Assembly (NCBI GenBank): GCA_964512315.1
Contig: CAZEIK010000001.1
Span: 84,408-148,407 of the forward strand
DNA length: 64,000 nt
Origin: an uncultured Candidatus Saccharibacteria bacterium
GTDB taxonomy: Bacteria > Patescibacteriota > Minisyncoccia > Phycocordibacterales > UBA5272
Reading direction: 5' to 3'
Under the pieces are notes generated by a model. That model was not told the origin of the DNA and did not search any database. It was given only the letters and a program-made list of their open reading frames with translations. The position numbers and the translations under genes were made by a program. How positions within the stretch are numbered: position 1 is the first letter of the stretch; every line of letters begins with the position of its first letter. Positions 8,764 through 18,380 of the stretch are shown here, one piece after another.

Positions 8764-8837
8764 TGGCAGTACTTGTAGCCAAGGGCTCGCGTTCGCGCGG
8801 GCCTTTTGTTTTTGTGTTATAATCCACGTAATTATTT

Positions 8838-11465
8838 ATGTCTAAAAAAGATCATAAGCCAGTTGAGAAAATAATAGTTAAGGGTGCCAGGACTCACAAC
8901 CTTAAGAATATTACAGTCGAGCTACCTCGTAACTCGATGACTGTTTTTACTGGTCTGTCTGGCTCGGGCAAGTCATCTCTCGCTTTTGATACTATTTTTG
9001 CCGAAGGGCAGCGCAGATATGTGGAGAGCTTGTCGGCATACGCAAGACAATTCCTCAATCAAATGCAGAAGCCTGATGTGGACGAGATATCAGGTCTTTC
9101 GCCTGCTATATCAATAGACCAGAAGTCAGCAGGACGCAATCCACGCTCGACAGTAGCAACCATAACTGAGATATATGACTACCTTCGTGTTCTGTATGCG
9201 AGAGTGGGTAAGCCTTACTGTGTAGACTGTGGTTCTAAAATTCAAAAGCTAAGTAATGAGGAGATTATTAACTTTATAACTACCAAGGTTAAGAAAATAG
9301 ACTATAAAAAAGTTAATCAGAATCTTATGGGTGTAGAGTGGAGCGAGGCAGAGGTGCATATACTTTCTCCTATTGTGCGCGGTCGCAAGGGCGAATATTA
9401 TCAGATGCTATACGATGCTCTAGGTAGAGGCTTCACAGAAGTAATAGTGGACGGCGAGCGTAAAAGCCTGCGTGAGCAGATAGTCTTAGATAAAAATAAA
9501 AAGCATGACATAGCGCTCTTGGTGGACTCAATATTAATTGACGACTTTAAGGATAAGAATAGGAATAAGGATGCTATGATGCGCCTCGCGGAGTCAGTTG
9601 AGAGAGCTATACATGAGTCAGAGGGGCTAGTTGAGATAGATATATTAGGAGAGAAGACAATAATGAGTAGCAAGTTCTCATGTTCTAATTGCGGATTCTC
9701 TTTTCCTGAGATAGAGCCAAGATTGTTCTCATTTAACTCGCCATATGGAGCCTGTTCAACTTGCAATGGACTTGGGACCAAATACTTCGGAGGGCTAGAT
9801 GCTTGTGAGGATTGTGAAGGCAAGCGCTTGCGCAAGGAGTCGCTAAATGTGTTCTTGGACGACACCAACAAGATTAACATTGTAGACATTACTGACTTAA
9901 CTATAGAAAAAGCGAAAGAGTATTTCGCGGGACTGCCTCTTACAGAAAAAGAAATGGAGATAGCGAGTGTGGTTATCAAGGAGATACAATCTAGACTTGA
10001 GTTCATGTTGAATGTGGGTCTGTCTTATTTGCAGTTGAATCGTAAAGCTGACACCCTCTCAGGTGGTGAGGCCCAGCGTATTAGACTAGCCTCACAATTA
10101 GGATCGCAACTCGTGGGTGCATTGTATGTGCTCGACGAGCCGACAATAGGACTGCATCAGAAAGATAATGACCTCCTAATAGAAACATTAACCAAGCTGC
10201 GCGACATGGGTAACACCATTATTGTTGTTGAGCATGACGAGGACACTATATATGCGAGTGACTACATTGTAGACATTGGTCCTGGTGCAGGAGTGCACGG
10301 TGGCAATGTTGTGGCTTCTGGTTACTTGGACGAGTTATTAACTGCACCAAAGAATAAGTCCGGCTCATCCACTCTTGCTTATCTAAGGGGAGAGAAGCAT
10401 ATAGAAGTTCCTAATGAAAGGAGAAATAGAGAAGCTGGGGAAATAAAAGTAAAAGGTGGTAATGTTTTTAATATTAAAAATTTAGATGTGAAGATGCCAT
10501 TAGGCAGATTCAATGTTATTACTGGTGTATCAGGATCAGGCAAGAGCTCATTCATGTATGAGATATTGCATCGCAATTTACTGGCAAGACTAGAGAAGAA
10601 GCAGAGAACTGCGAAGATATTTAATTGTGAGAGCTTTACAGGTTCTGAATATCTTTCTCGTGTTGTGCTTATTGACCAGTCTCCAATTGGGCGCACACCC
10701 AGGTCTAATCCTGCTACATATACAGGTGCATGGACTCATATACGTGACTTGTTCGCCGAGAGTGAGGAGGCTAGGCTCCGTGGGTGGAAGGCGAGTAGAT
10801 TCTCTTTTAATGTGAAGGGTGGTAGATGTGAAGCCTGCCAAGGCAATGGAGAGATAGCCGTAGAGATGCATTTCTTGCCGACAGTGTATGTTACTTGTGA
10901 TGTATGTATGGGCAAGAGATTCATGAAGGAGACCTTAGAAGTAAAATGGAAAGGTAAAAATATTTACGATATATTACGCATGACTGTTGAGGAGGCTTTG
11001 GAATTCTTTAACGACATACCAGCAATACATGATCGTATCAAGACTCTTAATGACGTAGGTCTCGGGTACTTGGAGTTGGGTCAATCAGCAACCACTCTCT
11101 CAGGCGGTGAGGCGCAACGTGTGAAGATTAGTAGCGAGCTCTACAGGCCCCACGTTGAGAAGACTATATATCTTCTAGATGAGCCGTCTATTGGTCTTCA
11201 TTATGACGACATCGCTAAGCTGATTGAGATACTTAATAAGTTAGTAGATAAAGGTAATACTGTAGTATTAATCGAGCACAACTTAGACATAGTCAAATGC
11301 GCAGATTACATAATAGATATTGGTCCAGACGGAGGAATAGGTGGAGGTAAGTTAGTTGCAAGCGGAACACCAGAATATATTGCTGGGGCAGGTGTTGGTT
11401 ATACAGCAAAATACTTAAAGAAAGTTCTACAGAAAGATAAAGAGTTTAAGAAAAATAACAAATAG
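8838..11465 (+). CDS. uvrA: Excinuclease ABC subunit A
   Basis: 875 aa. N-terminus '[61 protein letters not shown]', a second Walker A 'GVSGSGKSS', two ABC signatures 'LSGGEAQR', and Zn-finger Cys clusters. Confidence 0.95.
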   Translation: MSKKDHKPVEKIIVKGARTHNLKNITVELPRNSMTVFTGLSGSGKSSLAFDTIFAEGQRRYVESLSAYARQFLNQMQKPDVDEISGLSPAISIDQKSAGRNPRSTVATITEIYDYLRVLYARVGKPYCVDCGSKIQKLSNEEIINFITTKVKKIDYKKVNQNLMGVEWSEAEVHILSPIVRGRKGEYYQMLYDALGRGFTEVIVDGERKSLREQIVLDKNKKHDIALLVDSILIDDFKDKNRNKDAMMRLAESVERAIHESEGLVEIDILGEKTIMSSKFSCSNCGFSFPEIEPRLFSFNSPYGACSTCNGLGTKYFGGLDACEDCEGKRLRKESLNVFLDDTNKINIVDITDLTIEKAKEYFAGLPLTEKEMEIASVVIKEIQSRLEFMLNVGLSYLQLNRKADTLSGGEAQRIRLASQLGSQLVGALYVLDEPTIGLHQKDNDLLIETLTKLRDMGNTIIVVEHDEDTIYASDYIVDIGPGAGVHGGNVVASGYLDELLTAPKNKSGSSTLAYLRGEKHIEVPNERRNREAGEIKVKGGNVFNIKNLDVKMPLGRFNVITGVSGSGKSSFMYEILHRNLLARLEKKQRTAKIFNCESFTGSEYLSRVVLIDQSPIGRTPRSNPATYTGAWTHIRDLFAESEEARLRGWKASRFSFNVKGGRCEACQGNGEIAVEMHFLPTVYVTCDVCMGKRFMKETLEVKWKGKNIYDILRMTVEEALEFFNDIPAIHDRIKTLNDVGLGYLELGQSATTLSGGEAQRVKISSELYRPHVEKTIYLLDEPSIGLHYDDIAKLIEILNKLVDKGNTVVLIEHNLDIVKCADYIIDIGPDGGIGGGKLVASGTPEYIAGAGVGYTAKYLKKVLQKDKEFKKNNK

Positions 11466-11510
11466 AAAAGGCGCCTTTTGAGCGCCTTGTTCGCAGGTCT
11501 TGGCAGGGTT

Positions 11511-11765
11511 TTACCGTGTTGCCGGCATTCTCCAGCTACCACGTTTTGTGGATTTGATTCTGGTTGTTTGACTTGGTTTTTGAATACCGTTTTGCTTTCG
11601 CCACATTGCCCGAGACTCAGCTACCATGCTTTGTGCTTTGGGTATAGTGTGCCCGTCGGTCGCTAATTGCGAGATCGCGTCGTTCTCTTTCGATAGACGG
11701 AAGGTGCGGGCGTCACTTCTTGTGACAACCCAGAAACCATTTTCGTAACTAACCGTAGCTGCCAT
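11511..11765 (-). CDS. Small hypothetical protein (possibly DUF2188-like) in a GC-rich spacer between uvrA and uvrC
   Basis: 84 aa. 'ENGFWVVTRSDARTFRLSKENDAISQLA' resembles the DUF2188 N-terminal pattern. It overlaps an alternative plus-strand ORF (11478-11666). Confidence 0.35.
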   Translation of the reverse strand: MAATVSYENGFWVVTRSDARTFRLSKENDAISQLATDGHTIPKAQSMVAESRAMWRKQNGIQKPSQTTRIKSTKRGSWRMPATR

Positions 11766-11835
11766 AATCGCTCCTTGTTTCTTGGCACATCCTCGCGTGT
11801 TTACGCGGGGAAGAATTTATTGTACAATACAATCC

Positions 11836-13068
11836 GTGAAAAAGCAAGACTTAGCAAAATTAAAATTGCCAGATTCTCCAGGAGTTTACTTTTGGAAAGA
11901 TAAAGATGGGAATATTTTGTATATTGGTAAGGCGACCAATTTGAAGGATAGAACTATGTCCTATTTTGCAAAGGACCTTGCTGAGACTAGGGGGCTGCGT
12001 ATTGTGAACATGGTGTTGGCGGCGGACACTGTTACATATCAAGTGACAGGGAGTGTGCTGGAGGCATTGTTGTTAGAAAACGTACTGATCAAGAAGCATC
12101 AGCCGATTTTTAATGCCAAGGAAAAAGATAACAAGACATACACATGTGTAGTCATAACCAAGGAGGATTATCCGAGAATTCTCACCATGCGCATGCGTGA
12201 ATATGAGAAGAGATTTGTAGCCGATGGCAGCATTGAGAAGGTGGATAAGGTGTATGGGCCATTCTCTAGTGCGAGTCAGATCAAGGAGGCGATAAGAATA
12301 ATCAGAAAGATGTTCCCATTTAGAGATAAGTGTGAGCTGGGTCAGAACAAGCCATGCTTCAATGCGTCTATCAAGCTATGTCCTGGTACTTGTGTCGGCC
12401 TCATCAGCAAAGATGAGTACAAGAATACAATTAAGAATATTAAAAACTTGTTCGAAGGCAAACGTGAGTCCGTAGTTAGAGACTTAGAGAAACAAATGAA
12501 TCAATATTCTAAAAGTATGGAGTTTGAAAAGGCTGCACGCGTTAGAAATACATTGTTTGCATTAGATCATATCAAAGATGTGTCCCTGATCAAGAATGAT
12601 GATATTTTAGATTTTAAAAATAAAAACTTTAGAATAGAAAGTTATGACGTAGCACATATATCAGGTAGCAGTCGTGTTGGAGTTATGACTGTTGTGATCA
12701 ATGGCAAGAAGGCAACTGATGAATATAGAAAGTTTAAATTGGATGAAAAAGTAAATGATGACTATCAAGGTATACGAGACATGATGAGAAGAAGATTCGA
12801 ACACTCTGAATGGCAAATGCCAGACCTGGTGGTATTCGACGGTGGAGAAGGGCAGAAGTCAGCAGGTGAGGAGGCGCTCGCGGCGATGGGTATACAGGTG
12901 CAGACATGTGCCGTAGTGAAGGACAAAAGCCACAAAGCGAGGGACATTTTGACCAATTATCCACATATCAAAAAGTATGAGAAGGCTATACTTTTGGCGA
13001 ATTATGAGTCACATAGATTTGCTATTAATTATCACAAATTATTGAGAGATAAAAAGTTTTTGGGTTAA
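11836..13068 (+). CDS. uvrC: Excinuclease ABC subunit C, short form lacking the C-terminal HhH domain
   Basis: GIY-YIG 'PGVYFWKDKDGNILYIGKATNLKDR', Cys cluster 'CFNASIKLCPGTCVG', UVR domain, and endonuclease-V-like 'FRIESYDVAHISGSSRVGVMTVVINGK...YRKFKL', 'LVVFDGGEGQ'. It ends about 150 aa earlier than typical UvrC. GTG 11836 is chosen by homology; the ORF track begins at TTG 11782. Confidence 0.8.
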   Translation: MKKQDLAKLKLPDSPGVYFWKDKDGNILYIGKATNLKDRTMSYFAKDLAETRGLRIVNMVLAADTVTYQVTGSVLEALLLENVLIKKHQPIFNAKEKDNKTYTCVVITKEDYPRILTMRMREYEKRFVADGSIEKVDKVYGPFSSASQIKEAIRIIRKMFPFRDKCELGQNKPCFNASIKLCPGTCVGLISKDEYKNTIKNIKNLFEGKRESVVRDLEKQMNQYSKSMEFEKAARVRNTLFALDHIKDVSLIKNDDILDFKNKNFRIESYDVAHISGSSRVGVMTVVINGKKATDEYRKFKLDEKVNDDYQGIRDMMRRRFEHSEWQMPDLVVFDGGEGQKSAGEEALAAMGIQVQTCAVVKDKSHKARDILTNYPHIKKYEKAILLANYESHRFAINYHKLLRDKKFLG

Positions 13069-13204
13069 TATTTATCTGTTACTTTACAAATTGAGTTTCT
13101 ATTGTACAGTTATTTTTGTAGACTATTTACTTTTTTGGAACATGTTGTGCAATTATTTTTTTACAGGTGTAAAATTACATCATTAGAAAATAAAAACTTG
13201 CAAT

Positions 13205-16165
13205 ATGTCTTCAATTACAAACATTAAAAAAAGAAATGGTGACCTTGTTCCTTTTGAGATTACAAAAATAGAGAACGCTGTTAAGAAAGCTTTCATACAA
13301 GTTACGCGTGAGGAGCATGCTGACATCGCAAAGCAAATCTCTGAATTAGTAGAAAAAGAATTAGCTCTCGAGGCTATGGGTCGCGATGAGTACGTGCCAT
13401 CAGTAGAGCACATACAAGACCTAGTTGAGAAATACATCATGGCTGTCGGGTACTTTGATGTTGCTAAGGAGTACATCATTTATCGTTATGAGCATGAGAA
13501 GATACGTGCTGAGAAAAAAGAAGAAGACCTAGAGAAACTAGAAGAGAACAAATTAAAAGTTACAAAGCGTGATGGTAGAGTAGAAGGATTCTCAGAGAAT
13601 AAAATCAGAAAAAATATTTCCTACTATATTGCAGGTTATGAGAAAGAGATAGACGTTGAGAAGATTGTTAATCAGATCAAACTAGAGGTGTATGACGGTA
13701 TCTCAACTAAGGAGGTGTCAAAGGCATTGGTGATGGTGGTGCGCAGCATGATTGAGCTGGACCCAGCATATTCATATGTTGCATCACGCCTACTGATGCG
13801 TGATGTATACAGCGAGTTCATAGGAGAGAAAGTAAAAGACCACTCATCATTGCACTCTAAATTGCGTGCAGCTTTTGTTCGCAATGTTAAGTTCGGAGTT
13901 GAGAAGGGGTATTTGGACGAAGGGATGCTTAGTTTCGACTTGGACTCTCTTGCTAAGACACTGGACTACTCTCGTGACGAGATCATGATGTACATGGGTA
14001 CTCAGACTTTGTATGAGAGATATTTCTATAGAGACACCAACGCAACAGGCAAGATATTAGAAGACCTCCAAGGATTCTGGATGCGTGTAGCTATGGGTGT
14101 TGCCTTAGGGGAGAAGCCAGAAGATAGAAATGCTCGCGCTGTAGAGTTCTACAATGTTATGTCGGCTACACGTTTTGTTCCATCATCTCCAACTCTTTTC
14201 CATGCTGGTACACATCATGCACAATTGTCGTCTTGCTACCTCAACAGTGTAGGAGACAGCCTAGAGAGTATATACAAGGTGTATGGAGACAATGCTCAAC
14301 TAAGTAAATACGCAGGAGGAATCGGTACGAATTGGACATGGGTACGTGCTAGTGGCGCATTAGTGAAGGGTACTGGTATCAAGTCTAATGGTATTATCCC
14401 ATTCCTAAAGATTGCTGACTCTTCTACTGTTGCTATCAATCGCTCGGGTCGCCGCCGTGGCGCTGCTTGTGTATACCTTGAGAACTGGCATTATGACGTA
14501 GAGGAATTCCTTGAGCTTCGCAAGAATACAGGTGACGAGAGACGTCGTACTCATGACATGAACACCGCTCTTTGGATATCAGACATATTCATGAATCGTG
14601 TAGCTATTGATGGGGACTGGTATCTATTTTCTCCAGAAGAAGTTCCTCTATTAACCGAGTCATATGGTGCAGAGTTCACAAAGAATTATGAGAACTATGA
14701 GGCCGCTGCAGAGCGTGGTGAGATCAAGCTTTTCAAAAAGATGAAGGCACGTGATCTTTGGAAGAAGCACATCACAATGCTGTACGAGACAGGGCATCCA
14801 TGGGTAACATGGAAGGATCCTTCTAATGTTCGCTCACCTCAAGATCATGTTGGTATTGTCCGCAACTCTAATCTTTGTACCGAGATCACACTTAATAACA
14901 ATCTGGAGGAGACGGCAGTATGTAACCTCGGCTCATTCAACTATGAAGTTCACGTTGTTAATGGTGTATTCGACAAAGCGATGGTAGCCGAGACTATCAA
15001 GACTGCGATGAGAATGCTAGACAATGTTATCGATGTTAATTATTACCCAACAGTTGAGGCTAAGACAAGTAACATGCGCCACAGACCAGTTGGATTGGGT
15101 GTGATGGGATTCCACGATGCACTGTACAAGCTAGATATTAACTTTGATTCAGAGGATGCGGTTATATTCTCAGACGAGTCAATGGAGGTGATCAGCTATA
15201 ATGCAATACTTGCAAGTACCGACCTTGCTCGTGAGCGTGGTGCCTATTCAACATTTGCTGGATCTAAATGGGATAGAGGTCTTCTTCCTCAAGACACACT
15301 CAAGTTATTAGAGGAGGCGAGACATGACGTCATCGACGTTACCAAGACCGGCAAGTTAGATTGGACACCAGTACGCCAAGCCATCAAGCAATTCGGAATG
15401 CGTAACAGCAACTGTATGGCTATTGCTCCAACCGCAACCATTTCAAACATTGTTGGAACAATACCATGTATCGAGCCTATATATAAGAATATTTATGTGA
15501 AGGCTAACATGAACGGTGACTTTATTGTTATCAACCCATATCTAGTCCAAGATCTTAAGAATCGTGGTCTGTGGGATTATGAAGTGTTAGGACAACTCAA
15601 ATATCACGACGGTAGTGTTAAGAATATTGCAGCCATCCCTCAAGATGTAAAAGAGAAATACAAAGAGGTATTCGAAATAGATCCGAAGTGGCTCATTCGT
15701 ACTGCTGCATTCCGTGGCAAATGGATAGACCAGTCTCAATCACTCAACATCTACTACAGTGGTACATCAGGACGCGAGCTTGCTAACATCTATGAGTATG
15801 CTTGGAAGATGGGTCTCAAGACCACATATTACTTGCGCTCACTCGGCGCTTCTCAAGTTGAGAAGTCTACTGTCTCGACTGCTGAGTTCGGAGCAACTCA
15901 CAAGCGTGGCGGTACAGCTACAACAGATGTGAAAGGTATAGAGCAGACACCGACTCCTGCTATGACTCCATCACCAATATCAATCTTGCAACCAGTGCAA
16001 GAGATCAAGGTCGAGGCTGCGACTCCTGTTATCAATGTTCAGCCAGTTGTGAATCACGCTCCAGCATTCAATGCTATGCGTGACCCGAGTGCCGCACCAG
16101 TAGCTCAGAAGCCAGCCTACAACATAACTCGCGCACCAGAAGCAACCTGCGACGGGTGTCAGTAA
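13205..16165 (+). CDS. nrdA: Ribonucleoside-diphosphate reductase class Ia alpha subunit with ATP-cone
   Basis: 986 aa. ATP-cone 'IKKRNGDLVPFEITKIENAVKKAF'; catalytic core 'SSCYLNSVGDS', 'NLCTEITL'. Pro/Ala-rich C-terminal tail ends in 'CDGCQ', the thiol pair. Confidence 0.9.
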   Translation: MSSITNIKKRNGDLVPFEITKIENAVKKAFIQVTREEHADIAKQISELVEKELALEAMGRDEYVPSVEHIQDLVEKYIMAVGYFDVAKEYIIYRYEHEKIRAEKKEEDLEKLEENKLKVTKRDGRVEGFSENKIRKNISYYIAGYEKEIDVEKIVNQIKLEVYDGISTKEVSKALVMVVRSMIELDPAYSYVASRLLMRDVYSEFIGEKVKDHSSLHSKLRAAFVRNVKFGVEKGYLDEGMLSFDLDSLAKTLDYSRDEIMMYMGTQTLYERYFYRDTNATGKILEDLQGFWMRVAMGVALGEKPEDRNARAVEFYNVMSATRFVPSSPTLFHAGTHHAQLSSCYLNSVGDSLESIYKVYGDNAQLSKYAGGIGTNWTWVRASGALVKGTGIKSNGIIPFLKIADSSTVAINRSGRRRGAACVYLENWHYDVEEFLELRKNTGDERRRTHDMNTALWISDIFMNRVAIDGDWYLFSPEEVPLLTESYGAEFTKNYENYEAAAERGEIKLFKKMKARDLWKKHITMLYETGHPWVTWKDPSNVRSPQDHVGIVRNSNLCTEITLNNNLEETAVCNLGSFNYEVHVVNGVFDKAMVAETIKTAMRMLDNVIDVNYYPTVEAKTSNMRHRPVGLGVMGFHDALYKLDINFDSEDAVIFSDESMEVISYNAILASTDLARERGAYSTFAGSKWDRGLLPQDTLKLLEEARHDVIDVTKTGKLDWTPVRQAIKQFGMRNSNCMAIAPTATISNIVGTIPCIEPIYKNIYVKANMNGDFIVINPYLVQDLKNRGLWDYEVLGQLKYHDGSVKNIAAIPQDVKEKYKEVFEIDPKWLIRTAAFRGKWIDQSQSLNIYYSGTSGRELANIYEYAWKMGLKTTYYLRSLGASQVEKSTVSTAEFGATHKRGGTATTDVKGIEQTPTPAMTPSPISILQPVQEIKVEAATPVINVQPVVNHAPAFNAMRDPSAAPVAQKPAYNITRAPEATCDGCQ

Positions 16166-16168
16166 AAA

Positions 16169-16561
16169 ATGGACGATCAAACTCTAAGGTTTATCGAAAA
16201 AGTACAAGAAACAAGGTTTAAAAATGCTGAGCTTTTTGAGAAAAATATTATCTATCTTTCTGGAGGGGCTATAGCTTTAGTGTTTAGTCAAATAAAAGAA
16301 ATACAAAATTTTCATTGTAAGATTTTGTTTGTAATTTCTTTTGTTTCATTAACTTCCACATTGTTTGTTAGTCTATTAGGTTATCTTTTAGCTGTGTCAT
16401 TTGGAGGCAGATATATAAAAGATATTACTTTTGGGAATCTTAATTCTAAAACAGTCACCATAAGAAATACAATCCTTAATTTTCTTAACTACACATCTCT
16501 TCTGATGTTCCTTGTTGCTGCAAGTCTTCTGTGTTATTTTGTTACTATTAATGTTTTATGA
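16169..16561 (+). CDS. Membrane protein, hypothetical; start 4 nt after the nrdA stop
   Basis: 130 aa, 3-4 TM helices; sequence context TAAAAAATG. Confidence 0.45.
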   Translation: MDDQTLRFIEKVQETRFKNAELFEKNIIYLSGGAIALVFSQIKEIQNFHCKILFVISFVSLTSTLFVSLLGYLLAVSFGGRYIKDITFGNLNSKTVTIRNTILNFLNYTSLLMFLVAASLLCYFVTINVL

Positions 16562-16640
16562 AAATAAATAAAAAAGAAAAAGCTATACCATATCCTCCAT
16601 TACCGATAATTAAACCAAAAAGGTAGTATATACTTAGTTC

Positions 16641-17057
16641 ATGAACACAAACACAACACGGGGGTGGTATACGGAATTGGTGAAGCCGGGGTGGGCGCCG
16701 GAGTCTAGTGTATTTGGGCAGGTGTGGAGTGTGCTGTATGTGATGATTGCTATTGCATTTGCTTATACAACTTGGAAAACATTTTTTGTACCAGCTGCAG
16801 AGTCTTGGCCTAAATATATTTTCTATATATTCTTGTTCAATCTTTTTGTGAATCTTGTATTCACACCGATACAGTTTGGGCTACGCAACTTGCCACTAGC
16901 GATGCTCGATATATTGTTAGTGTTGGGATCATGTTTGGCTTTGATTTATTATATTTTTCCTAATTCAAAATGGGTAGCATTATTGCTCGTGCCATACACG
17001 GTGTGGGTATGTATAGCAACAGCATTGCAGGCGAGTATTACTTATTTAAATAGATAG
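16641..17057 (+). CDS. tspO: TspO/MBR (tryptophan-rich sensory protein) family membrane protein
   Basis: 138 aa. 'WYTELVKPGWAPESSVFGQVWSVLYVMIAIAF' matches the TspO N-terminal signature (WY..L.KPsw.Pp..vF..vW..LY). Confidence 0.6.
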   Translation: MNTNTTRGWYTELVKPGWAPESSVFGQVWSVLYVMIAIAFAYTTWKTFFVPAAESWPKYIFYIFLFNLFVNLVFTPIQFGLRNLPLAMLDILLVLGSCLALIYYIFPNSKWVALLLVPYTVWVCIATALQASITYLNR

Positions 17058-17116
17058 TTCTGGGTGTGGTGTAGAGATGATTTTGAGCTTGTAAAATAGA
17101 CCAGCCTTAGCTTTAG

Positions 17117-17167
17117 TTGACAATTACTTGACAATACAAAAGCATTAGTTTACAATCTATTTACAAT
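17117..17167 (+). promoter_or_regulatory. Iterated promoter/operator: TTGACAAT x2 and TTTACAAT x2 with 11-bp register, abutting the ATG of the wHTH-GHKL gene
   Basis: TTGACAAT at 17117-17124 and 17128-17135; TTTACAAT at 17149-17156 and 17160-17167. TTGACA(17128)-N17-TACAAT(17151) forms a sigma70 promoter about 11 nt upstream of the ATG at 17168. Confidence 0.4.
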
Positions 17168-18226
17168 ATGAGCTTAAAAGAAAATATATTATCTGCTGTT
17201 AAAAAAGAAGGGTCTATTTCTGTTGCAGATATTGCAAAGAGCTTTGGTTTTAGTAGGCAACATGTTTCCAATACAATGTCTATTCTTGTTTCAGAAAAGA
17301 AACTTTTTAAAGTCGGGTCAACTAGGGGGGCTTTTTATATTTTGCCAGAAAAGATCAAGGACTTTTCGGGGCAAATTAAAAATATTTATTCTAAGAGTTT
17401 GATTAATAAAAACTTAGAAGAACACAAAGTTTTGGATGACATAGAGAAAAGTTTCCTAACACTCAACACTTTACCTGAAAATATTAAAAGTATTTTTACT
17501 TATGCTTTTTCTGAGATGCTCAATAATGCCATTGAGCATTCTACTTCTGATAAGATAAAAATAAGTGTCGCCCTCGAGGGTGATGTGTTATCTTTTATTG
17601 TAGACGATATGGGCGTAGGGGTGTATAGAAATATAATGAACAAAAGACGTCTGAATGGAGAGTTAGAAGCCATACAGGATCTATTGAAAGGAAAGATGAC
17701 AACGGCACCAAAGTTACATTCTGGTGAGGGAATATTTTTTACATCTAAAATAGGGGATAGTTTTATTTTAGACAGTTACGGCTATCAGTTTATTGCTGAT
17801 AACACTATACCTGATATTTTTGTAAATAAAGTGAAAGGTATAAAGCAAGGCACAAAGGTGACTTTTTCTATAAACATAAAAGATAAACAGCATTTGAATG
17901 ATGTTTTTAAAAAGTATACTAATTTAACATCTGGTAGTGATTTTGGTTTCGACAAAACAGAAATAAGGGTTAGATTGTATATAATTGGTGGCGTGCATAT
18001 ATCTAGATCTCAAGCCAGACGTGTTCTGGTTGGGCTCGATAAATTTAAAGTTATTGTAATGGATTATGAGGGTGTTCCTATGATAGGACAAGCTTTTGCT
18101 GATGAGATATATAGAGTTTTTAGTATTAAGCATAGCGATATAAAGATAGAAGATATTAACACAAACGAAGCAGTGGAGTTTATGATAAAAAGAGCAAAAC
18201 AAGAAGCCGGTGTTTCAAAAGAATAG
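17168..18226 (+). CDS. Fused wHTH DNA-binding / GHKL (anti-sigma-kinase-like) ATPase / STAS-like (DUF4325-like) protein
   Basis: 352 aa. N-terminal wHTH 'SISVADIAKSFGFSRQHVSNTMSILVSEKKL'. Middle N-box-like 'FSEMLNNAIEHS...ISVALEGDVLSFIVDDMGVGV'. C-terminal 'RVLVGLDKFKVIVMDYEGVPMIGQAFADEIYRVF' is typical of STAS-like DUF4325. Confidence 0.6.
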   Translation: MSLKENILSAVKKEGSISVADIAKSFGFSRQHVSNTMSILVSEKKLFKVGSTRGAFYILPEKIKDFSGQIKNIYSKSLINKNLEEHKVLDDIEKSFLTLNTLPENIKSIFTYAFSEMLNNAIEHSTSDKIKISVALEGDVLSFIVDDMGVGVYRNIMNKRRLNGELEAIQDLLKGKMTTAPKLHSGEGIFFTSKIGDSFILDSYGYQFIADNTIPDIFVNKVKGIKQGTKVTFSINIKDKQHLNDVFKKYTNLTSGSDFGFDKTEIRVRLYIIGGVHISRSQARRVLVGLDKFKVIVMDYEGVPMIGQAFADEIYRVFSIKHSDIKIEDINTNEAVEFMIKRAKQEAGVSKE

Positions 18227-18380
18227 CTTTTTAAGGCTTGTAAAATAAGGACTTTTTTGTCCCCAACTTGACAAAAGGGGCTGCTGAAATGAGGTCAAAA
18301 AGTGGTAAAATTAGAAGTATAAAAAGTGGGAATCTTTTTGTGGGCACTTATTAAAATTAATAAAAATAATTCTAAGAAAT

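Noticed and set aside
11478-11666. Plus-strand 62-aa ORF between uvrA and uvrC
   Set aside because: Overlaps the longer minus-strand ORF, which has a weak domain match. Both remain uncertain; only the minus one is reported, at low confidence.
17087-18247. 12-bp direct repeat GCTTGTAAAATA flanking the wHTH-GHKL gene, read as a target-site duplication
   Set aside because: The motif resembles the genome's extended -10 element (TGTAAAATA) and sits at promoter positions for both the GHKL gene and nrdB. It is more likely two promoters than an insertion scar. It is mentioned within the nrd-operon finding.
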